DNA of 64,000 nt from Pelomyxa schiedti (lineage: Eukaryota > Protista > Evosea): assembly GCA_020536535.1 (NCBI GenBank), contig JAHLWZ010000663.1, positions 1 to 64,000 of the forward strand. The letters are read 5' to 3'. Of this stretch, positions 1-13,643 are shown in pieces; the first letter of the stretch is position 1; each line of letters starts with the position of its first letter. The notes under the pieces were generated by a model. It searched no databases and was not told the DNA's origin. It saw only the letters and a list, made by a program, of their open reading frames with translations. A program made the position numbers and the translations under genes.

Positions 1-140
1 GAATTGAAAGGTTTTATTCTTGGATGTTTAAGGTTTCTTGTATTTTGTGGAGTCAAGTCGCTAGACTTGCCCTGGAGTTGTGGTTGTTGGAGACTTGTGA
101 TGATACTTGTGATATATCCGAAGAAGGGGATGATGAGTGA

Positions 141-198
141 TACTTGTGATTTTACTTGTGATTTTACTTGTGATTTTACTTGTGATTTTACTTGTGAT
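141..198. repeat. 12-bp tandem repeat (TACTTGTGATTT, about 4.8 copies)
   Basis: Units at 141, 153, 165 and 177 plus a partial unit at 189-198; related TGATACTTGTGAT copies at 101 and 222. Confidence 0.9.
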
Positions 199-999
199 AT
201 ATACGAAGGGGATGGATGAGATGATACTTGTGATATGATGTACTTGCAAAATTGGCTTTGGTGGTGCCTATTTAAATGTAAGTATTAGACTAAGATAAGA
301 AAGAAGACACTTAGCTTTGTGCCAAGTTAATTTAATTTTATTGAGGATAACTTGTGGCAAACCTATAACAACTAAGGGTCGAAGCCAAAAATACAGTAGA
401 GATCTAGGTAGCTCTAAACAACGAGAAAGGAAAACTTGAACGAGAGTACAAAAGGATGATCTTGTGGTGCTTAAACAAGGGAAAAAAAAACTTTCAAAAA
501 ATGAAGAGCAAAGAACACGGGGACACATTGCAGTCATTAGCAATACTTACCGATGTTTTCTGTCTGTTCTTGTGTCGTGTGGCCCGGCCCGAGATCCGGC
601 CTTTGTTTATTTTTTCGAGTTAGTTTGGCGGGGTAATTGCAAATTGGGAACTTTTTCGTTTTCCCCCAGAATATACAGTGTGGGGTTGTTATTGACCTGC
701 CCGGGTGCCGACTGTTGTTGCGGTTGTTGACCAACAGAATAACTTGTTGTGTTGAAGTCCAGTCCTAATCTCAGTCTCGGATCTGGAAGACCCCGAATAG
801 CATCAAAGCACATAAAAGGAAAGAACGACGTATGTGGTGCGCCGATTGCGTCTTGTTAGTGTGCGATTGACGATGATACTGGCACATGTCCATGCCCGTC
901 GGTTTTGGATGGGTTCGGAGTAATATTTCGTACCAAGAGACACTCATATTAATTTATTTGGCGTCTTCGGCATTCCGTGGGTTTTTTTCTTCTGATGTT

Positions 1000-1967
1000 A
1001 TGAACAACAGCCGCGATGCAACAGTTGGGTGGGGTCCTCAGAAGGTTCCCTCCTACTGACACATCACAGCTGTCTCCACGACATATTTCATGTTGCTAAG
1101 GAAATGTTGGTCCCAGTTGCTAAAACGTGGGGAGACCAGGTCTCATCACCTAACGTCTGGTACGTTTTTCTTCAATCAAACTGACAGTTCCTCGCAAATC
1201 AAACCGCTGGAACTTTGTGGACCAGTGCCAGGTGCTTGAGGACATCTCAGGCACTCAATGTTCCAAGCACAGTAACTGCAGTTACTGTGCACTCTGCACC
1301 AGAACACCTATCGGTTGGCATTTTAGGCGAACCCTTCGGTGTCACGTGACTTTATGCCCTTTCAGCCAAGCATCGCTCTGCCCCGCACCTCCTCCTCACT
1401 CAAGTTCTGTCTGAGCCACTTCCAAATCCTATTGTGTTGGATGTACAAATTCCTCAGTACCATTCATTTACTTAGCAAGTAGGGGCATATGGTATTTCTA
1501 TTGGCGCCTCCCAAACACAACCAACACAGTATTCCTATTGAGTCGATGGAGAAAATCCTCGACCGAGGAACTATGCGACAAAAAGTGACTTTCCGCTGAT
1601 GCCACATCGTTCTGCTCATCGTGATTACCTCCAATGAAAAGATGGCTGAAGTTGCACAGAGCTTATTTGTTCAAGGACTTACCCACCAACACCACGGGGT
1701 ATCAATGAACATCCTACAGTTGCAAACTTTCATCGATTGACTTTGGCGAGGCGTCATCCACGGGGGGCAACCCAGGGACCATGCCACCTGAGCTCAGCAG
1801 TTTCCTCTGCATATGAGAACATCCCGCTGAACCTCTTGGGAGCCTCAAAGTGCGACTTGTTTGCATTTGCCCTCTCCTTCTGGGACACACTTCTGGTGCC
1901 GCCCAAGCTCCCAATGGAATTGGAACCACAACATGAGTCAGTGCAACACCCTCTCACTGCTCCGTGA
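1000..1967 (+). CDS. possible multi-exon hypothetical protein
   Basis: Short open stretches separated by GT...AG segments (e.g. gtacgt...ctgacag near 1161-1188). No recognisable domain and exon structure unresolved. Confidence 0.25.
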
Positions 1968-2143
1968 TTTCCCAGCCGAGATTCCAAATGCTCCATTTTA
2001 CGCTTCCAAAGCCCCAATTGGAGAAAATCACGAAATTGCGTCGACTACTCAAAATCTTGATAAGAACCAACTTCCCTCTGGAAATCAGATAGGATTTGGC
2101 AACATGCCAACATATGTTTAAATAGTTTTTTCTTTTGGTTTGT

Positions 2144-3747
2144 TTAAGAAACCCAAGGCAGAACACTGCCAAAGAGGAAATGCTGAACAACGGGAAATTT
2201 AGTCATGACATCAATTTCATACTTCCTTTGCATGCCCACATTCACCTTTCGCCAAGAAACAGTGGCGCTAATGTTATAGAGGTCCGGTGAGTGTTCATGA
2301 AACGGTGCCTTTTTGTGCTGCAAAAAAAAAAAAAAAAAAGGTTAAACGGACCATACCGTAACCCACACCCCAAAAGGGAAAAAGAAGAGGGCATACATCA
2401 GTAATATATTTGATGCAAGCGAAATACAGATAATCCTGGCAGTTACGAGAAACTAGAGCTGGAGACAGTACCGATCCGGGGTCCAAGTTGGGGTGGTCTG
2501 TTGTTGGAATGAATTAAATGAAAACCTTGAAATGCCACTTCACCCACCAACTAACTGAGCTGCACCCCATATGAATGGAAGGAATTGGTAATCATCCAAG
2601 CCCCATACTCCGTGAGACCCAGCGGGTTCCAGCTTGTACCGTTGCTGCAGCTTGCGTACAACATCCAGATAGCGGATAAACACGCGCAATACAATGGCAC
2701 GGTAGTCGGCAGGCCCAAAAAATCCTGTAGCAACAAGAACATATAGCCAAGCTAAAAACGCAAGTTCGTGTCCTGTGCCATAGTCGATGCGAGTTTCATT
2801 CCCGAAACTACACACAGTGAATGGACGAAGGACAGGCAGGGTAGTAAAATGTATGAAACCTCTCAGTGAAGTAGGGCACCAATTCTATAACAGCGTTTTG
2901 TAGAGTCGCAGGAAGGAAAGCTCTGTGAAGCGCGGCTGCAGTCTAAGTTGGAGTTCAGGGAAAGAAAGAATAAACGGGAATGGAATAACCTGTTTCAATT
3001 TTTCATGCCAAATCCTAAACGCTTTATTGCCAAATCTGCATTGCTCCTTGAGTGGCTCGATTTCGTCTGCCCATCTTGAAAGTTCGTCAAGCAAGTCAAG
3101 TACAGCTTGTGCAGCCTAAGAAGGGTCAACTCAGTAAGGCTACGGGGAATCGGGAAAGACTGACAGTCACGGACCGGGCTAACAGTGCACTTGGTGGTAG
3201 TGGTGGGAATCATCAAAACGCTATCGTTGAGGCACCTAATGAAAGCCATCAACTGCAGGAGTTTGGGAGTTAAACCACGACTCTCTTACATGGATGCATT
3301 CAATAATAATAATTTCACAACAAAGACATCTCATAAAGTATGATGGGGAGGAAAAAAAAAAAAAAACCCAACGGTAACAACACAGTAAAGAGAACACAAA
3401 ACCTGGTCGTGTGTCCGTGACTTTGCGAACAAAGTTACGTCGTGTGCCGTAGTGATATGCTTGGTGGGAGTCACGAACGTGTGCCGCGACCAGTCGTAGA
3501 TCTCGGTGCCCTGGCTTGTGTTTAATTCCGCGTTTCGCGGTCTCGCGGTCTCGGTTGCCGTTGCGGCACTAGTCGAGGTAGCCCGTGCGGGATCTGCGTG
3601 CGGCTGTGCATTCGTGTGACTAGTTGATGCAGTTGTAGTCTTAGTCGTAGATGCCGGTGCCTCAGTTGTCTTTGCAGATGCCGCAGATGTAGTTGTTGCA
3701 GCGTTTGGCACCGCTGTTGCGGCCTGAGCCGGTACCTCCGTAGACAT
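2144..3747 (-). CDS. PTPA: PP2A phosphatase activator (PTPA/RRD family), spliced
   Basis: Exons give [69 protein letters not shown] and [32 protein letters not shown] at 3747, TAA at 2144. Long Thr/Ala-rich N-terminal extension. Confidence 0.95.
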
Positions 3748-3990
3748 TTTTTCTTTAGGGTGTGAACTCACGGACTCCCTAGTTGGAATCTGGAGCGAAC
3801 TCCAGGATATCGTCGCTCGTGCGCCGGATGTGGATCACACAAATACGAACACGTCCTCTCTCCCTGGTAATGTTGGCTGATGTGTCCCCACTGAGACGTG
3901 TCCTTCCACATCAGATTCCACGAACTGATGACCCCAGATAAAAACAGCAGAAACATAAAACTCAAACAAAAAAAAAAATCCGGAGAAAGG

Positions 3991-6447
3991 ATGAGTGGGA
4001 ACAATAAGGAACACAGTCACAGCAGCAAGGACGCGGCTGCGGCCAATGCAACAACGACGGCGCCTGCGAGCACAAAGGAGGGCGAGAAAAGCAGCACCAG
4101 CACCGCGACCGCCGCGGCCGACCCCTCCAAGTCGTCGTCCCACATCGCGCACGTGGCGCGCAGGGTTGCGATCCGCATCGCGATTATGGGAAGCATCGCG
4201 GCTGTTGCACTGCTTTTCCTTCGCCCGATCGTGATCAAGCTGCCTGCGTCGTCGTCCCTGGGCAGGCCCCACCAAATGTCGTCGGAGGAGCAAGTTGCCT
4301 CGTCTTCATTTAGCTTTTCTCTCCCTGAGGCATATACCAGTATGGTTTTCTTTTCTTTTCTTTCCCCTTTCTTTCGGATTTCCCACTTCTGTTTTTCCGC
4401 TCTATTCTGTATCACTTTTGGGGGACTTATTTCAAGCTGTAGAAGTACCTACGCTTATGGAAAGACGCTACAGAAATTTTTTCAACTATAGCAGTCCGGA
4501 GGCACGTGCTGCTCGAGAAGAGTTCATAGACAGTTATTCTCCGAATGGTGAATATGGATACAACTCACAGATTGACACAATGGTTGTGAATGAGCTCACG
4601 CGGATGGACGAGGTTGTGTGTCAATGTGCTCTCAAATGTGCATTTACTCCTTGCTCAGGCTGGTCATTCTCACGTGTACCTTGATTACACTGGAAGCGGG
4701 GTATATCAAAATAGCCAGCTTGAAAAGGCATTCAACGATATAAGGAACAATCTGTATGGCAATGCCCACTCCCGGAGTCCTTCTGCACTGAAGACAGAAA
4801 AAGAAATTGAAGTTCCTCTCCAAATTCTATCTTTTAAGTGCTTACAACTTGCTCAGAATGCACGAGATCTTGTGTTGAGTCATTTCCATACATCCAGACA
4901 GGACTACACAGTGGTATTAACTCTTTTTCTTTTTGGTGTAAACCAATTAAGGTTTCGTTTAAAGATCTTCACACAAGGAGCGACTGGTGCACTGAAATTG
5001 ATTGGCGAGTCATTTCCATGGACGAATGCTAGTAAGTTCGTGTACTTGAGACAGAATCATAATAGTGTACTTGGAATACGTGAGATTGCACTTGATCAAG
5101 GCGCAACATTTGTAGCTATTCCAGAGTCTGAGTTGAATGAAAACACCTGCAATTTCTTCATAGGCGGAGATCCTTGTAAACACCCCGATGACCAAGGAGA
5201 GGAAGGCGTATCGTTTTTGGAAGAGGTCCCTGTGACACAGGGACCCGCCAATCACAGACGAAATGTTCTGTTGACAAAGTTCCCTGACAGCACGTACAAT
5301 TTATTTGCGTATCCTCTAGAGGTAAAGTTAGAACGAGACGGCTTCATAGACTGAAAGCTACCCTCACACCAACTAAAAACCTAATTGCCAAATTTTTCCT
5401 AGGATAACTTTGCGGGAGTGAAATACCCCCTGGAGTGGATAAAGATGTTTAAAGATGAGCGACGTGGGGAAGCAGGGACTGGGCATTGGCTTACTGTCAT
5501 AGATGCTGCCGCTTTTGTACCATGCAATGACCTTAATCTTTCTGAGTTTGTCATGACATTTACAGTATTAATCCAACCTCGGGAAACAGAAACCCTGCCG
5601 ATTTTGTTACAGTATCTTTCTATAAAATGTTTGGCTATCCTACTGGGATTGGTGCTCTCCTCGTTCGAAATGAAGTAACTGAAATTATGCAAAAAACCTT
5701 CTTTGGAGGAGGAACGGTGGTATTGTCTTGCTGTGATACACATTTTTGTCTGTTACAGCAGCAACCTTGTCACAGATTCGAGGATGGCACCCCTTCATTC
5801 CTAGCAATTGTAAGTTTCCCTGCTCGTCGAATAGAGCTAACACCAACGTTCAGTCTGAACTGAAATACGGGTTTGAGAAATTGCATGCGCTGGGGATGAG
5901 CTCCATCACCCAACATGTCTGGACACTGACACGGTACTTATACGACCAACTGTCTGTAATGGAGCACGATAACGGAAATCCCGTTTTTGTGATGTAGGAG
6001 CTCCTGGCAAATACTATTTCTAACAGGAATAAAGATATGGCAAACATGAATTGAATGATCCAAATGTTCAGGGCTCGATACTCAACTTTAATGTACTGGA
6101 CCCTGCCGGTAACTATGTTGGCTACAGCACAATTCAGGTAACACCTACATCCTGTGCAATAAATCCTCATCCACATGTAGGATATAACGGCAAAAGCAAA
6201 CATTCACATAAGGACAGGGTGCAATTGCAACCCCGGTGCTTGCTTTGACTACCTTCACCTATCATCTGAAGAAGTTGTAAAGTACAGTCTCGGGAAAACA
6301 TCCTGTGGGGATGAGCTCGACCTTGTGGAAGGCAGACCGCTAGGCGGTGTCAGGGTCTCAATTGGCTACTTGACTACTTTTGAGGATGTGTATTCCTTTG
6401 TCACCTTTGCAAAACACACCCTGAGGAATTTTGTTGCCTCTTCATGA
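3991..6447 (+). CDS. molybdenum cofactor sulfurase-like PLP enzyme (NifS-like domain only) with N-terminal TM segment, spliced
   Basis: YLDYTGSG, YGNAHS, FTQGATGALKLIGESFPW, NHNSVLGIRE, IDAAAF, SFYKMFGYPTGIGALL (PLP Lys), RFEDGT, RTGCNCNPGAC and GGVRVSIGY. Stop at 6445-6447 with no MOSC domain. Hydrophobic segment VAIRIAIMGSIAAVALLFL near the N-terminus. Confidence 0.88.
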
Positions 6448-6602
6448 TTGGGTTATCCTATGGACCTTCCTGTCTTATCCTTTATTTTTCATATCTCTGA
6501 GGCACCAAATGAACAGTTGCCTTGGTTTGTTGTTTTTTCCCTAGTTGATGGTCACAACAAAAACACCAAAATTTTCTATTTTCCTTTTATTTCCTTTTTC
6601 TT

Positions 6603-7876
6603 TTAAGTGCGGTTTCGAGGGGTGAGCCACGGGAAAGCCTCAGTGTGAACTGTAGCACCTACTTTTGTTGCTGTGGATGACTTGAGAGGGCTGTGAGCTA
6701 TCTCGGGGATTTTCTGGAAGTCATCACCATGGTAGGTACTGGACAGTTTGCGGACTGTTGAGAGAAATCAGAATAGAAAAAAGGGAGGGTGACCAGTACT
6801 TCGTGGAGATGCCACACTGAGAGCGTAGTATGACTTCTCGAGGGAATTGTAACTTCTATCATTGGCTGATGTTCGCATCAAGTCAAAATGACGGGATGTG
6901 GTGGTAGGGTTCCACTTTAGGTTAGCACTAGCTTTTTCTGCCATAACCTGCTTTGTTCTATGCGGGGATTATTTCAAAAAGTGAATGTTGTTCCCAAACC
7001 CACATTTTGGGGGCAGGCGGTTCTTTATCCATAAAAACTGGAGGAAACATCTTGTCATGGTCAATGGGTCCAACAGTATTCCACTTCTTCATTGCTGTTT
7101 TTTCTTTTTTGATATTTTCGAGTTTCTCTCTCCTTCAAAAGGTCAGGAAAGTGGGTATTGTCAACGCGAATACAGTTTCTTGTTCTCTTCCGCTCTCAGT
7201 TCCTGTAATTTAGTTGGCTTCAACAAAGAAGAACCTGTAGGAATTGTTGTAGTGGTAGTGCTTGTACTTGTTGGTCCCTGTGATGGAGGCAGTGAGGCGG
7301 TGACACAGAAAAAAGGGTACACACAGGATGAGGCTTTGCAGCACTTATTGGAGACGACACTGATCTCCTTGGGGTGGTTTGTGGGCCTGTGCTCCGAGGA
7401 CTTGGAGCGGACTTGCGAGGGGTGGAAGTCTTTGATGGGCTACGTGTGTCAGGTTTGGCAGTGTGAGTAGATTTAGCAACTGCAGGTTTCTTGCCCCCTG
7501 CAGGGGAGAGAGTTGGGGTTTCAGTTCGTGGTGTGCTGCCAACGTCAGACTTTGACTTGTCACGTGCCTCGATTTTGTGTTCAGTGTCAACTTCAACTTT
7601 GGGCTCCTTTTGGTCATCTTTTTTGTCGGCTACTGGGGTGTCTGTCTTTGCCGGTTCATCGTGAAACACAGAGGAACCAACGGAAGTGTCATCGCCGTCG
7701 GTTTTTTGTTTGTGGTCAAGATCTGGGGTAGCACCCGACGGAGTTGTTTCGCCGACAATCGCAGGCGGATTTACGGTCTCCACTGTATCAGCCTGTTTTT
7801 ATGTCTCAATAAAACAAGTACACATCACAAAAGAGGAGAGAGATCTTTGTCTTGGCGACAAACAACGCCACACCAT
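6603..7876 (-). CDS. hypothetical low-complexity (S/T/P/K-rich) protein, spliced
   Basis: Probable ATG-only first exon at 7874-7876, then ADTVETVNPP... (ORF 7220-7783). Later exons give ELRAEENKKL/REKLENIKKEKTAMKKW and end ..FPWLTPRNRT* at 6603. No known domain recognised. Confidence 0.55.
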
Positions 7877-8580
7877 CTAACGGACGATTAAATATTTAAT
7901 TGTGCGTTTGATTCCGTGCCGCAACAAACGTGAAAAACCTTCACAATTATTTTTAGCAGCTCAATCAAATGCGGAAAGCTCCGACCTGTTCCGGCCCGAC
8001 CCGCACAGTGATGACACCTTAACAGTCAGTTAATGTTTCACGGTGAGTCCGCTCAGTCTTTTACTAAGTCCCTCTTGATTTGCGATTCACAAAGCGGTTT
8101 TCGGAGCTGGACGTCGACATGACCAAAAGCTGCTGCCCCTCACCTTTAACTTCCTTGACTTTTCGTGTGGAGAGAATGAACAGATTCCATAACAGGAAGG
8201 CGGTAGGCCTAAGCAGGGGAATCATCAAACTTGCTTGAAACCGATTTTAGTGGAGCACAAACGAAACTCAATATCAGACTTCCAAAAAGTCAGCTTGAAA
8301 CTTTAGGCGACCACGAAAAGACCAATTTTCCCTCAGTTCGTTGCTTTAATTTTATTTATTTATAGTTGGTGCTGTGTTCCTTGCAGGGGAGTTGTGTTGC
8401 CCTGCCATTTCTCCACAAAAATCAGAAAAATACTGGCCCTCCACACTGCCACACACCGTAGATCTCCCACTCACTCTCATCGTTGTATCTCTGTTTGTTT
8501 ATTTGATGCTTCATCCCCTCTGGGAAAACAGAGCCCAAAAGTACGAGTGCACTCCCATCTTCTAGCCCAGCGTGTTGTGC

Positions 8581-8593
8581 TTTCTTTTTTTTT

Positions 8594-8655
<62 letters not shown>
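8581..8655. repeat. about 75-nt near-pure poly(T) tract
   Basis: Directly visible; followed by aattgcattctag, a plausible 3' splice site. Confidence 0.9.
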
Positions 8656-8657
<2 letters not shown>

Positions 8658-8659
<2 letters not shown>

Positions 8660-9397
8660 GCATTCTAGTTGTCCTTATTGTCATTGCCTCTTAGTTCGTG
8701 ACCTTATTGTTCCAAATAGGACCAGCCAATGTAACACTGGTTTCCCAAAGTTGCAGAATCCTTGCTGGGTGGATTTAGTGCCGCACGGAGATACTATTGT
8801 GTGCAAACCTGAAGAACGTGTTGGAATCCAAGCAGACCAACAGGACCAGGATGGGTCTGAGGATAGTGAAGAGGAAGATGACGAGAACAACGGGCGTCAC
8901 ACTGGCTCTGGTGATGAGGGGGATGATGAAGCCGATGAGTACTGGCGGAATGTCAAACAGGAGAGTACGGGATTGGAACCTCCGAACCTCTTCGTTCCTT
9001 ACATCATGCTTGTCCCCGCACCCCTCCTTGCCTATAATACGCAGTGGTACGTTCCGGCTTAACTAGAAACTCCAACGTACCTAACTATCGATTCAGGCAC
9101 CCTGAATATGTGGTGTTACCTGCTAGCCTTCTATTAACAAATTATGTGGCCCCTAAACTCCCATCAACGAAGTCTACTACTACCACCAGCACTGTTACCA
9201 CCACCGCCACTACAACAACCACTACTATGCACCCCACTGCGCCACCGCCGCCACCGCCGCCACCGCCGCCACCGCCGCCGCCACCCTTTGACGAACCGGC
9301 GGTACCCTTTGTACAGAAAAATGTGCCCATCGTTGGTTACCTTATCGCCCATGGGTGCATGTGTCCCCACCGCCGTTTTTACCACCCCTACTCCTAG
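8658..9397 (+). CDS. hypothetical protein with acidic, poly-Thr and poly-Pro tracts (5' end unresolved)
   Basis: ORFs 8658-9062 and 9044-9397 can be joined through a short gtacgt...actag segment. Acidic EEEDDE patch and a run of prolines. Confidence 0.4.
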
Positions 9398-9593
9398 TGG
9401 CTTCCCGCACTGCTAACAGCAGAACAAGGATATAGCTTTACAGAGTAGACCACACACCACTACTGGCTATTGAACCACTCATGCACAGAATGTAGTGAGT
9501 GGGGAAATCGTTTTGTCAATTTTGTAAGACAAGACATAATTTTTTCCTTTTTGCAAAAATGGATTTACTTTTTCTTTTGTAAACAGCTTGTAT

Positions 9594-11477
9594 TTATGAG
9601 TCTTGGGGTTGGACGTGGTGCAGCCCCGTCTTGTTTGTTGTTGTTGGGTCTGTGCTTTGCGGCGCAGTTGTTTCAGTGGAGGGGGTGTCTTCGTGATCAT
9701 CGATGGTAAACGTAATAGAGTTCATCTCTATGTCATTTGTTGGGCTTGGCTGCAGAACCTCGGCGATGTCTTTTCCCTCATCAGTGCTATCCATGGATAA
9801 ATACGGGTTTCCCACAACTGGACGGAACTTCCACCTGTTGCGCGAGGATGAGAAAGGTCACTGATTACAGAGGAAGGCTTACGCAGTGTAAGAATAAAAT
9901 GCCAGAGCAGCCACTTCATCAAAGAACGGCTTGACCCACACATATTTATACTTCAGAGTGAACTCCAGCAAGTACAGAATGATCAGTCTGCAGTACATAT
10001 AGGAAATAACAGAGAGATAGAAGCCCCGAAAAAGTGCCATTTTCGTGAGATTGACAGCAGCTTACATAAGAGGTTGGACTTGAAGGAACTGTTGTTTGAG
10101 TTACCTTTCCCATCTGTCGCAGCAGCACTTTTCAAGCTAGAAATGGACCACAGCACTGGCGCCAAAACGGCAATGCAGCATACAATGTCAATTGCCCGGA
10201 AAATAAAAACCTATTTCCAGTTAGAAAATAGTGTGGGTGCTGTGTGTACCCAAAATCTCCACAACATCAAGCCTTCTTCTGTTTGTTCCGTGATTACAAG
10301 AGCGATGTTATCCAAGATTTGTAACGGTATGACAACCATCAAAATTTTCTTGTCTTTTGAGCTCAGATACGGTTTCAAAAATTTCCACCCAGATCCAATG
10401 AGAACAATAAGAACAAACACAAAGGAGCCTTTAACTCTGTTGCATTGTTAGTAAGGTAAGCACACACTGGAAAGATTACGTTAGGAATGCGTAGTAAGGC
10501 ACAGCCCATCCACCACTCACGCCATGTGTATCTTGGTAGTGCAACTCGATTGCCTCGAAGGTAAGAGACAGCACTTTTAAGAGGACCAGTGCGCTCATGA
10601 GATGATGTACTCTATTCCTGTTGTTTCTGTGATAGATGAGGTGTTACTTCCAAGATCTTTGCTAACTGGTACCCCTTTCTGAATACAACCCACAACCAGA
10701 GAACGAGACAAATAAGATAAACTCCAACCATCGTCCCATATACAATTGGCAGAGGCCAACTTCCAACAGACAAGTAACTGCGGGCACCATTTCTTATGTT
10801 GTATTCAGTCAAAATTACCTGTGGTGCGTTTCGATCAGCGTACACAATACTTAAGGTGAATACCTCAAAGCTGACTTTGTGGAGGCCGTTTGCTCTTAAG
10901 CCCAAGAAACACTGATTCTCACAGTTGATGAAATATGTTTGATACATTCCCTCCTGCGGTTTTGTAACATTACGAGTGAAGTTTCTTGACGTAGGTCAAT
11001 GACAATAGGTAAAAGAAGCTTCACTGACGTTGTTGGTTTTATTGTGGCAATAGTGGAAGTGTTAATGGGCTTTGCGCTTTCCAAGAGAGGGCAGAGTTGC
11101 TGGAGTGTGACAGCGAGAGCAGTCTCCATTGTCTGTACTACTTGCTACAGAGTAGTTATTTAGGTTGTTTTTGTGTTGACAATTAAAAAAAAAATGAAAG
11201 CTACTGCACCATAACAAATCCAGTTTTGTTTTTTTCTCCTTGAAAGTGCAAAATACGGAAGTCATACACACCGCCAGCAACAAGACCTGCGTGCGGGTGT
11301 CAGCGGCGATATAAAACAAAAATCACTTGTAGACACACCATACTGATCGATTCTGAAAGCGCACCTATCGTCATTCGACACCTTCAAGTGGTTCACCAAA
11401 CCCGAGGTACCGGCCGCACACAGCAACAATGCCAGACACAACAACAACTTGGACGCAGTATAGCCCCCACCGCACAT
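9594..11477 (-). CDS. GPR107: GPR107/GPR108-like (lung seven-TM / GOST family) protein, spliced
   Basis: Signal peptide MCGGGYTASKLLLCLALLLCAAGTSG, then LVNHLKVSNDDR..YG, YLSVGSWPLPIVY, LIGSGWKFLKPYLSSKDKKILMVVIPLQILDNIA, DIVCCIAVLAPVLWSISSL and NPYLSM near the C-terminus. Confidence 0.88.
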
Positions 11478-11957
11478 GGCTGGATCTCCCAAGCCAATAA
11501 TCAAGATCCGGGATGACTGGCCCAAAAACTGTTGTGTCTGGTGTCTGCGAAAAAATTTCAGCGCATAGTGAATGTTGTGTGCTGTGATGGGTTCGAAGTG
11601 TGTCGGAGGCAGAGGCGGGAGACTCTGGGTTTTGACCAAACAATAGTCCAGGGACTCCCCTCGGTCGATTCACTTCTGAACTGGCTGAATAAAAGAATCA
11701 ACAGACCGGAACGCTCTCATTTTTGGACTCACACTTTTTGGGTCGTTGGATCTTGCCATGTGATGCTCCTCAGAGGCTGGAAAGACCACGAAACGGTAGA
11801 ACGTGTGGTCCAGACATTTCAGAATTTTCCCCTCACAGGGTACAGAGTCCCAATTTTCGTTATCGTAGCTCGGGACGAAGATAGGAAAAATTGTTTTTTA
11901 TTTTAGTAGGAGAAACTTTGGGGTTTCTTTTTAGGTAGGTGGGGTGGATGGATTATG

Positions 11958-13406
11958 TTAGAATTTGAGTGTCTTGGGTACTTCCCAGGTGAAGTCTGGG
12001 TCATCGGTGCGACCGAAGTGGCCACCAGAAGCGGTCTTGAGGTAAATGGGTCGGCGGAGTTGAAGTATCCTGATAATGACACCTGGCCTGAGGTCGAAGT
12101 TGTTGAGAACAATGGCCGTGAGGTCCTCGTCAGAGCGGCCGCCGGTGGCACTGTTGTAGGAGTTCACATAGACGGAGAGAGGCGTGGCTACTCCAATGGA
12201 GTAGCTGACTTGGACAAGAACCCTCTTGCAGAGTCCGGCTGCGACGAGGGACTTGGCGATCCACCTGGCAACATAGGCACCAGAGCGATCTACCTAAGAA
12301 AAGTAAGGCAGAATATAGGGCTGGAATCTAGTAACCTTGCTGGGATCCTTTCCGGAGAAAGCACCACCACCATGGGCACCCCATCCACCGTAGCTGTCAA
12401 CAATAATCTTGCGGCCAGTGAGACCTGCATCTCCTTGTGGTCCACCAATGACGAACCTAATTGATTTGGTGAGTAAAGTGAGGGGAAATCGACTGCGCTT
12501 TCACCTTCCAGATGGGTTAAGGTGGTAAATGGTTCTCTCATCGAGATATTTGGCGGGGATAACGGGTTTAATGATGTACTCCATGAGGTCGTGGCGGATT
12601 TGTTCGTTGGTTACTTCTGGGTTGTGCTGGGTGGAGATGACAACTGTGTGAACCCTCCTTGGAATAAGGATTTTGGTTGTGGGATCCTTGACGTACTCGC
12701 ATGTAACCTGCAAGTCCGTAAGACGCAATAACGAAACTTTACAACGGGAGAGGAACCTGAGTCTTGGCATCAGGGCGAAGCCACCCTACAATGTTGGTTT
12801 TGCGAGCAACAGTGAGGCGGGTGATGAGCTGTTGGGCCAAAATGTGAGTGAGTGGCATGAGCTCTGGGGTCTCATCAGTGGCGTATCCGAACATGTGTCC
12901 CTGATCACCAGCACCAATGTTGTCTGGGTCACCCTTGTCAATGCTCTGGGAAATATCTGGGGATTGTTGTTCGATGGCAAGCATGACACTGCAGCTCTTA
13001 TAATCCAATCCCTTATTGGCATCGTCGTAACCGATTTGCTTAATGGTGTTGCGGATAACCTGCGAATCAAAGTTAAAACGAAACAAGGAAAGAAGAAAGA
13101 TACCGTGCTGTAGTCAATGACAGCCTTGGTGGTGATTTCTCCGAAGGCCATCACCATTCCGGTTTTTGTGCAACTTTCGCACGCGACACGCGACATTGGG
13201 TCCTAATGCGCAACCGCCATTTCGTAAGAAAGAAAGAAAGAAGCTGTGCGCATAGCAATTTAAAAAAAAAACCAGCGATAGAGTACCTGGGCCAAACAGG
13301 CATCAAGAATCGCGTCAGAGACCTGATCGCAAAGTTTGTCGGGGTGTCCCTCACTGACACTTTCCGACGTGAACAACACCACTCCGGGTTCCACTGTCGC
13401 TGCCAT
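11958..13406 (-). CDS. metK: S-adenosylmethionine synthetase, spliced
   Basis: [93 protein letters not shown] and [16 protein letters not shown]. Confidence 0.98.
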
Positions 13407-13643
13407 TTAGATCTTGTATTGTCGCGTGTCGCTCCCTTGTGATCTTGGACTTTAGTTTGAAAATGGTGACACACGAAAGTCTTACCCTTTTAAAAAAAGA
13501 TCACTCCCGTTTTCGGGGAACCTCAAAAGCAAATGCAAAAAGTCAACACATCATCCGTGATGGTTTTTTGTTGCACAATAGCCTTTGTGGAATCTTTTGT
13601 TTATTTTTTGTTCTTCTCTGTCTACAACACATTTCGGGAAGCA

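Noticed and set aside
141-198. CRISPR array
   Set aside because: 12-bp head-to-tail units with no unique spacers, no cas genes, and a eukaryotic context.
8581-8655. Poly(T) as a retrocopy poly(A) tail
   Set aside because: No adjacent processed gene or target-site duplication; its position just before an AG acceptor fits an intronic homopolymer.
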